Assembly: GCF_036321535.1 (NCBI RefSeq)
Contig: NC_087437.1
Location: 29,948,001 to 30,012,000 of the forward strand
DNA length: 64,000 nucleotides
Reading direction: 5' to 3'
Source of the DNA: Camelus dromedarius
Lineage: Eukaryota
This document shows, piece by piece, positions 53,214 to 64,000 of this stretch. The notes under the pieces were generated by a model. It worked only from the letters and a program-made list of their open reading frames with translations, was not told the DNA's origin and did not search any database. The position numbers and the translations under genes are program-made. How positions within the stretch are numbered: position 1 is the stretch's first letter; every line of letters begins with the position of its first letter.

Positions 53214-55268
53214 AAATACCAGAGAAAAGGGGTATTACTGTCTTACAATTCTTGTGTTCTTTAAATCTTGATTTTCATCATCTCCTCTCCACTCAAAATC
53301 TGTGCAGTTATAAAGGATTTGTCCTCATTTTTTCCTTCAGTTTTATTATAATTCTCTTTCTCATTTCTTTGCTGCCAGGATTGTACTTTAAACAACAAAG
53401 TACCTTTTCTCTTTCATACAATTATACATCTAAATTTAACATATCAAAGCTTGTCTTTTACAAAGCATTATTAGAATAGTCAATTCAACCTTTGCTTTTG
53501 TAACAGACATTTAACGCTGTTGATTTATAACATCAGAACTGGCCATGTGTCATTATGTCAAATTAACCCTCAAGTTTGGGGATAAAAAGTACTTTTAAAT
53601 TAAATATATTTATAATGAGAATACATCTGGATTTGAATTTATATGTTATGCATTATTCAAGGCTTTCTTTGCAAGTATTACTAATGACATTACATTTGCA
53701 TCCCAAGTTTTGATAATGATATATTGAGAAGTTAGATAAGAGATAGGAAAAGTCTATTGCGATAATTATTTTGAAAATGACTTCTTGGTAAGCAAAACTG
53801 TCTTCTAAAGGTGAAACAATCTGAAAGCCCATGTCAAGTAATTTAGAATTTTGACTCAATATAATGAAACAGAAGCCAAAATAAAGCATTTAAAAAATAG
53901 TTCACTCAGCCTGAAAATAATAAATAATATATGTGAGTCAGGTTAGAGTGTACAAAGTTTAAAACCATGTAAAGTATCAACTCTTAATAATTTTGGAAAA
54001 TAAACATTTAAGTAATACATTTAATGTATGTTAACAGAATGATTAGAATAAAGCAATTTGAGGAAAAATTGCTTCATAATTTTTCAAATATACATTACTA
54101 ATACTCTGACAAGGTGATTCTTGCATTTTTGCAATATAACACATTTAAAAATTAGTCTTGAAGTGCATACCCCACAATCACTTAATAAAATACACTGAGT
54201 TATTTCTTTGCTTGAGATACACATCCTTGGAAAAGAAATGAAAAAGCACCTAAATTTGGAATAATATTTGAACTAAAATTTTCTGTGCTTCAAGAGTGGC
54301 TAAGAAAGTTTGCCATATCTGCAGCTTTAGAAACAGATGCTTTCGTGTGGAGTCAGAGGATTTTCCTCTGCTCTGCTCAGAAGTTTGTTACTCTACTTGG
54401 GTGCACCTCACAAAACTTAATCTCACAGTGTTTTCCCCTGGTTTCCGTTCAAATAAACAGAATGATTCTAGAGATGATGAGTCTACATTTAGAAGCTTTT
54501 CCAAGAAAGTTAGAGTTAAAGGCTACTTCCAGTTCTACCTGTAACATAAACATATTTGTTTTAAGGGTAGTCTTGACATATTGGAAAGGGGAAAGGAAAA
54601 CACTCATGTTTAAGAGAGAAAGAAAAAATTCAGTAAACAATTTATATTTTATAGAAATGAAGGAAACAACTATTTACAGACGAGGGGCATGCATGTTTTG
54701 AATCGGGAAGCTAAATTTGCCGTTTTACACAGGAACATATTTCCTAGACGTCAGTGTAAAGCTGGAGCAATCCCTGTACTGCGCGGGCTGTGCTGGACGC
54801 ATTGAGGCAAGCCTCCTCAAATACAGCCCCGAGTTTTGCTACATGTCTTCCATTCCCAAAATGTCATTTTTCCCTCCTTGAAGTCAAGACCCACATTATG
54901 AGTAGAAACACGTGCCTGGGAACAGTATGTTCATGGAGTTTATACAGCTTTCTGTTTACTCTGAGGTTGACAAACATAGGCGAAAACATCGGTAAACTAG
55001 ACCAAGATCTGATTTTAAGAAGATTTTTAGAAATCGGATAAGAAACATCTTTCAGTTACCACAGTGTGTGATCTATAAGTAACACATCAAAAGCACTTAG
55101 TGTTTGCACTAGTTCCAGCTGTTTGCACTAAAAGCAATGAACTAGTATGTCTAGAAAGCTTATGTAAACCGACACGTAAAAGAGGAAATCAAATAGCCTC
55201 AGAACAGAGTGTTGTTGAGCGGTTTGAAACTGCAGGGCCGTTCTTGCCTTTATTAGGCCAAGTGACCG

Positions 55269-55841
55269 TTAGTTACCCTGACTTTCTTCTTCTCTTTCCC
55301 TGTAAGCTTTATTTAACAACTGGATTTCCTCCTGGTAGCCATCTCTCTCTTGGTGCTGCCTTTTACTGTTCTGCCTGTGTGCTTCCACAGTGTCTGGAAT
55401 GGAGATGTTGAGATCCCCGCCAGGATTACTTGTGGGTAAGAAGAGAGAATATGAGGCTGTTTCCCCTAAGTCACATGAAACGAATCTGTTTTCTTTCCGT
55501 GAGTAGCGCAGCGACGGAGATCTGACCTGTGTGGAGGACTGGCTGATGTTGCTAATGATTGACACGGTGTCCAAGGCCTCTTCGTTATCACAGATTTCCA
55601 GGACCTCCAGGTGTATTTTCACACTGGTGTCCGCAAACGTGGAGGGAGAATCTTCTGGGTTTGGCTCGTGGCCGACACTTTTGGATCGATAGACTTCTAT
55701 TTTCTTAGAGGCTGGGGTTATTTTTTGTCCTTCTGCACTCACCTCATAGGTAGAAAGAGAGAGAGTTTTCCCAGTTGGGGATTGGAGAGACACAGTCCCC
55801 TGGAAAGCACACAAGGGAATGGCCAGGGCACCACCGGAACG
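55269..55841 (-). CDS. GPR149: GPR149 (orphan class A GPCR) terminal coding exon, 190 aa cytoplasmic tail; earlier exons not seen in this window
   Basis: tttgtccccag| acceptor, then [19 protein letters not shown]...[19 protein letters not shown]. Matches the recalled GPR149 C-terminus and the known DHX36-GPR149 adjacency. Confidence 0.95.
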   Translation of the reverse strand, partial: RSGGALAIPLCAFQGTVSLQSPTGKTLSLSTYEVSAEGQKITPASKKIEVYRSKSVGHEPNPEDSPSTFADTSVKIHLEVLEICDNEEALDTVSIISNISQSSTQVRSPSLRYSRKENRFVSCDLGETASYSLFLPTSNPGGDLNISIPDTVEAHRQNSKRQHQERDGYQEEIQLLNKAYREREEESQGN

Positions 55842-57789
55842 CTGGGGACAAAAACAAAGTGGTTATTACTGAAAACTAGTGTCTGAGCTGGGCCATTTAG
55901 AAATTCATTTTGTTCATCAAAATGGGAAAGTTTTTCTATTTCAAACCCACTTCCCTAGAAACCTCTTACAGCCACGGGACTGAGATCCTGTTGTCAAAGT
56001 ACTGTAGCCTATCTTCTCCTAGGTCAAATACTACATCTAAGTGAGGGCAATCAGAAATCTTTTTTATAAAATAAGGGACATATTTCCACAGTTGAAGGCA
56101 AAATTTATGCACTGTGGCCAGCAGTAGATGGGCAGAACATGGGCATAAAATCGAATGCATATTTAAACTCTGGAATTGCTTTTATATTTTTGTTACATGT
56201 TCAGTTACATTTAAAAGTTTCCATGGGTTGAAAGAAATGTACACTGTGTTATCAAAATGCATGTTTTTTTTCCCGTTTAGTCAATTATCAGAGAAAATGA
56301 TAATTGTGAGACTGTGGTTCAGATTAAGGCAAAGAATATTTCAACTCTTAGGTCTGACCACGCAGAAGAGGAACCAAATGTCACCAGCTGTACTTTTCCA
56401 CAGAGAAATCACAGTCATTAAAGTAAAGCCACTCATAGAGAATTCCCTCACATCCTTGCTGTACAGCCTTCTTTATTCTGAGAGCTAGTTAACCTGAAAG
56501 CTAAATGTCCTCACATTACACTTTATTGCAAGAAGGAAAAACATCCCAACATCAGTACTTTAAAAATTGTTCATAAGTTTCCTCTTGGCATAATACACTG
56601 CATAAACAAAGTCCCATAAAGTATACTAGTTTAAAAAAAGAAAAACGTGATGATAAAACTAAGTTATCAGTGCCTAGCAGTATTGGCATATCTATTTTGA
56701 AAGAACTTTTATTACCGGATCACAGCATACTCATATCTTTGTATGTACCAACTTGCATCCCTGATGAGCAGTTAATATAAAAGCAAAAGCAAATGTGATT
56801 GTTTTGTATCTGATTTTATACATCCATATAATGCAGATTTTAATAGCTCTCCATGCTAACCTTATCTTCAAATGAAAAAGCAAGTTTTATTGAGTTATCA
56901 ATGGCATCTCATTACAATTGGCATTTTAGGGCTACATAGTGCCAGAGTTTAGCCAAGTATGAAGTGTGATTGCTCTGAAATAGCACAGAGTCCTGAGTTA
57001 TCAAAATTATTTTGTGAAACATTCAGAAGACTCTATGATGGAGAGTCAGCAGTAAAAACATAGAGACAGAGTATATAGAAATAGATCTGAACATACTTTA
57101 AACTCCTAATTAAAAACTGAAAGATTAGTTTCAGCAAAACAGTACTGTCACTTTACGCTAATTCAGTAATTTAAATTTTACTGGTTATGAAAGTATTCAG
57201 TGTGTAAGTTGTTTTGGTTTTAGATTTGTGTAAGAACTGTAAGTGTGAGTTTACACCAAATTTTGTTTGTATGTCTTTAAGCAAAATCATAAAAATTTGA
57301 CTTGACAGTGAAGTTTATAGATTTTTTTTTCTTTTCTCTCATCTATTACTTAAATTAGAGAAACACTGCTCTAGGTTAGGGAACATGGAGCTTGAACTAA
57401 TGGAGCAATAATAGAGATAGAGATTCACGGAGGGAGGGGACAGAATTTGAGTGAAATCAACAAGATTTTTCACGTCTTTTAGGATGTAGTGGGGGGGCTA
57501 AAATGGAGAGAGATTAGAAGCTAGGAGAACAGACTAACTGAACCCCTGTTACGTACTAGGACTCCTTAGCTGGTAGGTTGATAGCAATGGAATGAAGAAG
57601 CTCTCCTATCTTAAGAGCCTGTAGAATGCAGAAACACTGAAGCTCATGAGCAATTGTCTTTCCCTGTGATTCGTACTACAATAGTACCCAGGCTGGAGCA
57701 TTATGAGAATATGGAATAAAAGCACCTAATCTAGGTGGAGTGAGGGAAAAAAAGATCCTGAAAAAAAAATTCGAGATGAATAGGAGACA

Positions 57790-59160
57790 AAAGAAACAAT
57801 GTTTCCACATGGGAAAACTCTACATGATAAATATGGCAATTTTCTTCTACTTTATTGGTTTAATACAATTTTAATTAAAATTCCAGTGGAATACCAATGG
57901 AATTTTATTTTAGAACTTGAAAAGTTTCTTTTAAGATTTATTTGCAAGAGTAAATGCTTGTGGATAACCAAGAAAATTTAGAAACAGACTAATGAGATGA
58001 CTTTGCAAACATATGAAGCTACATAATTAATACAGAGTGTTAAAGGCAAGATTTGATCAACCAGGCAAAGTCAAGAAACCTGATATAGTATATCATGAAG
58101 ATGGCATTTCACAATAAGGATTCAAATGAACTTTTACATATTATTGGCTATTCGTTACAAAATTAAATTAGACCCCTTTTCATGTTATATACAAAAATGA
58201 TTTCTTGAGTCTTAATAATTCTTTTAGAATCCTGGGTGAAGAAGACCTTTTCAAATCTGGAATGAAAATCAGAAACAACAAATCAAAAGATGGACTGATC
58301 TTGATTGCAGAAAAATTAAAAAAAGTCTGTATAGAAATATATGCTAAAAGTAATGGTAAAAGGCAAATGGCAGCCCAGGAGACAATATTTGTAGCACACA
58401 TAAGACAAAGTTTAACAGTCAAAATATGGAGAGTTTCTTCCAAATCAATGAGATAAACATCCTAGTAGAAAAGTGGAGACAGGAAGAGGGCAAAGCAATT
58501 AAAGGAAGAAATATAAATTGGGAATAAACATATGAAAATGTATTTAATTTCACCAAGAATCAAAAAAGGGTGTAAGTAAAAACATTTGATCATTTTTAGC
58601 ATTTCAGATTGCCCTCCACCAAAGAAAAAAGAAAAAGGAAAAAAAAAAAGATGCCATCTTTCAAGTGTATTTTGATTGTATTTGACTATAAAATAAAAAC
58701 TACATATACTTCCCAGCAGTTCTATTCCTGTGAGTCAATTTAAGCACCAAATAGTCAACACATAGTAATGTTTATTTTAGCACTGTTGTAAGCTCCCAAA
58801 GTAGAAATACCTAAACGTCCACCATTCAGAAAATAGTTGAATGAATTACGGTACAGTTATCTACTGCTAAAGTATCTTGAAAGAATGAGGTAAAGCTATG
58901 AGTTCTGCCTGGATAAAATAATTTCAATACACTTTGAGTTATAAAAGCAAATTGCAAAATAATATGTATAGTATGATCCAGTTTTCTTGTAGAAAAATAA
59001 CCATCAGAAATCAACCCAGAAAATTATACATGTGTAAGAAAAAAAACTGTACAGATACAAACACACCTACATATTATAGGCATAGAAAAAGGTTTGAAAA
59101 GTTATATACCAATGTTTTCTCTGTAAGTAGATGGGAGGAAGGATTCCTACTTTTATGTTT
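57790..59160 (+). mobile_element. Old L1 (L1ME-type) remnant in GPR149 last intron
   Basis: Degenerate ORF2 and 3' UTR motifs; approximate. Confidence 0.6.
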
Positions 59161-59918
59161 TAAATTATTTGATGTTGATGATAATTTTGCTCATGGAAAT
59201 TGATTAGGTAAAAGAAGAAGCAGAGAATGCAAAATATCACTAGAAAGAAATCTAAGATACAAGGGGAGGGTAATGAGTAAGTTGCCTATGATGGTAACCA
59301 GTCTCAGGGTTCAGTTAGGAGTTGTGCTGCTTTGGGGGTTTGTGTTGCATTTGGGGTTTGTGAGTCAATGCTGTATTGCAGTTTGTGCTATTTTTTAGGT
59401 TAGAAGAGAGGAGACAAGCTGGGTGAAGGGTACTGTCTCAAAATTTTGCCCTAATAGTTGATTAGAATGAGAATCTCAATTGGGATATACCTTATTTTTC
59501 ATTCACATATTAAAAGTGAGAATGACACTTACAAAAATTTTTAATTATTATAAAGGAAAAGGGTCCTCTAGTCCTAGCCAGGCACAGATTTATAGCACAA
59601 AGTGGCCAGGATCTATAATGAGTCAGATTCTCCTCACTAATTTTACTGGAAAAATTGTTATAAACATTTCAGTCCAACAAGGTGTCAATGTAAATATTAC
59701 GTTCAAATAAGCAAAGAATTCCACTTCAGGAAAAAAAAAAAAGAAATACTATAGAACTTGAGTCACAAACTACAGTTCAGCCCACAGATTTGCAAATCAT
59801 TCTACAAGTTCTAAAACAGAGACTAAAAGTAGAAGCAATAAAATCCTATGAGAAGATTAATTTAAAGAAAAAAGATAATGTAAAAGACTTAATATTCCAT
59901 TTAATTCATCTTGATTTT

Positions 59919-60322
59919 TGTACTGGGTTGAATAGTGCCTCCCCCTCCCAATTCATATCCACCCATGACCTGTGAATATGACCTTATTTGGAAATAGCAT
60001 CTTTGCAGGCGTGCTCAAACTAGGATGAAGTCATACTGGATTACAGTGAGCCCTAATCCCAATAACTGGTGTCCTTTTAAGAAAAGAGAAATTCAGACAT
60101 AGACTCACATAGGGAAGATGGACAGGTGAAGTAGACAGCATTTGGAGTTATGCTGTCATAAACCAAGATAGACTCCTCCCCCAGAGCCTCAGAGGAGCAC
60201 GGCCCTGCTGAGACCTTGATTTTGGACCTGGCCTCCAGAAATGTGAGTCAATAGGTTTCTGTTGTTTTAAGCTATCCAAGTTTGTGGTAACTTGTTACAG
60301 CTTCCCTAGGAAACTAATCCAT
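59919..60322 (+). mobile_element. MaLR solo LTR (MLT1B/C-like)
   Basis: tgtactgggttgaatagtg...gaccttatttggaaatag...ctgttgttttaagc. Confidence 0.8.
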
Positions 60323-60650
60323 GTTTTATGCAAAGAACTGTACAAAAATACGTATACATATAAACATACAACTGGCCATTTTCTTGTGGAGACTGGAATT
60401 ATGTGGCATTTCTGTCAAATCCACATAGAATGTAATCTCCTCAAGGGAAGGGAATTTTTCTTTGTTGACCTTTATTTTCTCTGCTATCTCTAACAGTGGC
60501 TGGCACATGACAGCTCCTCAAAAAATATTTGTTGAGTGAATAAACGTGTGCATGAATAAGTGAATCTGCAGCATTGATTTCGTGGGCTTTTTAGATTCTA
60601 TATTTTAACTTTCTAAAGCACAAAAAAATAAGATCAACTTTTTAAAAGTG

Positions 60651-61050
60651 CAAATGTCCCCTGCTATCTGAAAGTAGTGTTCCTATGAAACCTTTCCTAA
60701 GCTGAAATGGCATAAAGTGAAGAAGCAATTACTCTAGGACATATCTTGCCAATAGATGCACAAAATAAATTGAGATACAGTACAGATGCTCACAGATGCA
60801 GTTCAAAGCTATGATGGTCTGATGCTCCGATGCTGAGTGTAGTTCCCAGAGAAGGAGCTGAGCATGCTACTCTCCAGCTCCGAGGCTGCACTACTTCTAT
60901 AAAGGCTTGTTGCAAAACAAACCCTGAACGTTATTTTCACTTTTCACCTTTCTTCTTAAAAGCGTAAATCCTCTTTGGATTTCCTTCACTTAGTGAAAAC
61001 CTACTAATGTAAGCCTTTGGTAAAAGCAAAGCGGTGTAAAGTGAATTTTT
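60651..61050. mobile_element. Tigger-family element (MER82-like)
   Basis: gttcctatgaaaccttt..aagctgaaatggcataaag, degenerate TIRs ending before TA. Confidence 0.6.
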
Positions 61051-64000
61051 TAAAATCAGAGGGTAACTTGTATTGCTGTTTAAAATTTATTTTTAAAAAA
61101 TTTTAACAGCCCTATATAATAAGTGATAACAGTTACAAGTGCATCAGAAGGTCATATTAAAACATATTCCTTTTATAAAAGTAAAACAGAATAATATGGG
61201 ACTGAATTGTGTGCAAATTTATTGCATGATAAAAAATGATAGATTCAGAGAACATAAAAGTACTCATTTCATAGTTTCTGCTTTCTTTCCATTTAAAAGT
61301 CTATGAATTAGCATATGCTGTCAGGAACAATGATAATCCATTATTGCTGTATTCCTGAGTGTAGGTGGCTGGGAGCTTTTTTTATCTGAAAATGAAAAAC
61401 AGTCTCTAAACCTCAGAAATGCTTTAGAAGGCAAGATCATGCCATGTAAACACATTAGCACAAATAGTCTGCTGTGATAATTGATTCAGACTAACTGACC
61501 TTGAGCATAATGAACTTTTTATTTCTTCACCATACGCTTCTAGGTGAATTCAGGGTGAAATTATAAAAGAGTTGTTCCAAAATCTCTCTCCTAATAGGTG
61601 AAGTATTCTGTTGATTATCTGAATCACTCAATTTATGAAAGACATGTATTACAGCATGTAGGATCATAGCGATCATCAGAGACCAGGAAGTTCCAATTTC
61701 TCATTTTATAAAGGGAGAACTCACAGCCAGAGAAGTGAGATGACATGCCTGGGCTCACACAGGTAATACTAGTAGGACTGGCACCAGGACTCGGGTGTCA
61801 ACTTCCAGTTCAGTGCTCTTTCCACAGCACCATGTTGTCGCTTTAAAAGAAATCTGCTTTAGTCAGGAGTGGATCATGGGTTTTCTGCCTTGGAAGCTAG
61901 AATTCTACCACTAACTCATGAATAATCCAAGTGACTTGACAATTTTAATCTAAAGTAAAATCATATGGATGATCTTTAGGCGATCTAGATGACTTTTAGG
62001 CATCTAAAAGTACAGACATTGAGGGATGAAGTAGTTTGGAGGAGAAGAGATGGGGACACACAAAAAAATAGCAGGAAGAGTGAGAACTTCGTAAGAAAAA
62101 CAATGAACTAGATTTTTTAGTGATTTACTTTTGGAATTTTATTTAAAATTATGTGATTACTATATTTTCATATATTCAAGTCTCCAAATATTCCTTGTGT
62201 CATCCTGTCACATTCATTTAAATGTTTAGTAAACCAAAATGAAGAATAAGACACATGAATTGTTCAAAGAAAAGAGAGTAAGGGCAAGAAGATAAGGACC
62301 TTTACAAAGGGCCTACTATGCGGCTTGGAGAGTGTTAGGTATTTTAGCACATTTCCCATTTAATTCTCACAGCCCTTTGAGCTATAAATTATGCTTTTCC
62401 TTTTTAAAAGTCTCACAACTGAGTAACAGATTTAGGATTGATATAATCATGACAAATATTTACTGATCCTGCTGAACACAGGCCATATATCAGATCTCTT
62501 ACTAAAGCACTTTCTATACATTTTCTTATTTAATTTTCACATCAACCTATAAAATAGAGACACTCATCATCCCAATTTTATAGATGACATAATTGAGTCA
62601 GAGAGAGAGAATTCAAGTTAGTAAATGGCATAGTCAAATCCAAATCCAGGATTATCTGTCTCAAACCCTCTTAGCTTTTAGCTGTTTGCTGCTTAAAGGT
62701 ATAGTGTTGAGATAAAATATGAATAACACCTCACTCTCCTAATTCAGCTAGAACCTGCAATGTCTTGTGGGAACAGGGGAGAGGAGGGATTCATTCACTT
62801 TAGGAAGTGAAGGGAGTGTTTTGAGATCTTTAAGAAAATGGCTTCTAAATAGGGTTCTAAAAGATAATTTAGTTGGCAGAAAAGTGGAAAAAAGAGGAAC
62901 AGTAAGACCAACGGCAACTGGAATTTTGGGGAAGTGACATAGTAGAGAGAAATGAGACTGAAAACAGAGGTTGGGCCCAGGGCTAAGAGCCCTGTCCACC
63001 AGGATAACAAGTTCTCATTGTATCCCGTAGGTAAGAGGGAACCACCAGTTTTTGTTTATGGAAAGGAAGGAAGTTAAGATACATGAAGGCTCTGCCATGT
63101 GCAGGCCCTGCATCTTGGCACTTTACATGGGAAATCTAATTTAATATGATAATCCATAAGGAAGGTAACTATTTTTATTTTATAGATAAGTAAATTGAGG
63201 TGTAAACAGGTTAATTAACTTGCTCAGGTTATGTAGGAAATTAAGTTTTGAACTGCATGATCTAAACTCATCTCAGATTCCATATGCTTTCTGCTATGCC
63301 ACTTAAGGTTTACCATGATAACCTGGGTCCCTGTGAAAGATAGACTGAGGGCAGAATGTGCAGTAGAGAGACCAATTAGGGGGTTTTAAAAATAATTGTG
63401 TGTAGAAGAAAAGGGGATCTGAACTTCAATACTGGTAGTAGAAAAGACAAATGTGGGATGGACTTTAGGGAAACTGCAGAGGCAAAACTCTTGAGACTGT
63501 GGCAGGTTGTGGTGAGATTCGGCTGTGGAGTCATATATACCTGTCTGTGAACTTGGCTGAGTCACTTTCTCCTTAATCCTCACCTCTCTAAGCCTCATTT
63601 CAAATGTGAAGAATAAGTGAGTTGATGAGGGTACAATGATTAGCTGAGTGCCTCACACAAGGCAAGTGCTCCATAACTATTAGCCATTATCGGAAGGTGA
63701 ATAAGAGAGAGGAATCTGTGTTTTTGATATTCAAGTGCTAGTACTGGTGGTTGAGATAAGGAGCTTAGAAGGATTTTGATAATTTAATGCTATTTTAACA
63801 ATCTTCATCTCCTAATTAGGCAGCATATTCCTTTGCATTTTATTCTAACAGTCTAAATATACCAAATAGTCCACATGTACTAAAAACAAACAAACAAACA
63901 AACAAAAAACACCTAAGTGATTACCAGAGAGGATTAAAAACCTGACTCAACAATATATTGCCTAGAAAAAACTCACTTCAAATATAATGATACAGGAAGG

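Noticed and set aside
54285..54701. 138-aa plus-strand ORF and other short ORFs in the track
   Set aside because: No homology I recognise and no splice or start context; they fall in UTR, intron or repeats.

Overview
This is mammalian genomic DNA, most likely camelid: it carries three tRNA-Ala-derived Vic-1-type SINEs. The window holds the complete DHX36 gene (G4 resolvase RHAU/G4R1) on the minus strand. I traced all 25 coding exons by hand with GT-AG junctions: CDS 46824 to 4541, 3039 nt, 1012 aa, frame intact. Its CpG-island promoter lies at about 46.6-47.0 kb. Upstream on the same strand are the last coding exon (55841-55269) and probable 3' UTR of GPR149, the same gene order I recall for human. 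The rest is intron or intergenic DNA rich in L1, L2, MIR, MLT/MER LTRs and hAT/Tigger DNA elements; repeat family names come from recalled consensus, not a search. I see no new multi-gene system. The most notable local structures are: (1) an L1 3' transduction in DHX36 intron 6 (13-bp TSD, poly-A, about 440 bp of captured sequence); (2) an unexplained 625-bp TSD-flanked insertion at 243-867; (3) two young sense-oriented L1 3' ends that put canonical G-quadruplex motifs and polyA signals into the pre-mRNA of the G4 helicase; (4) the in-frame internal acceptor in exon 13 matching the delta-14 isoform.
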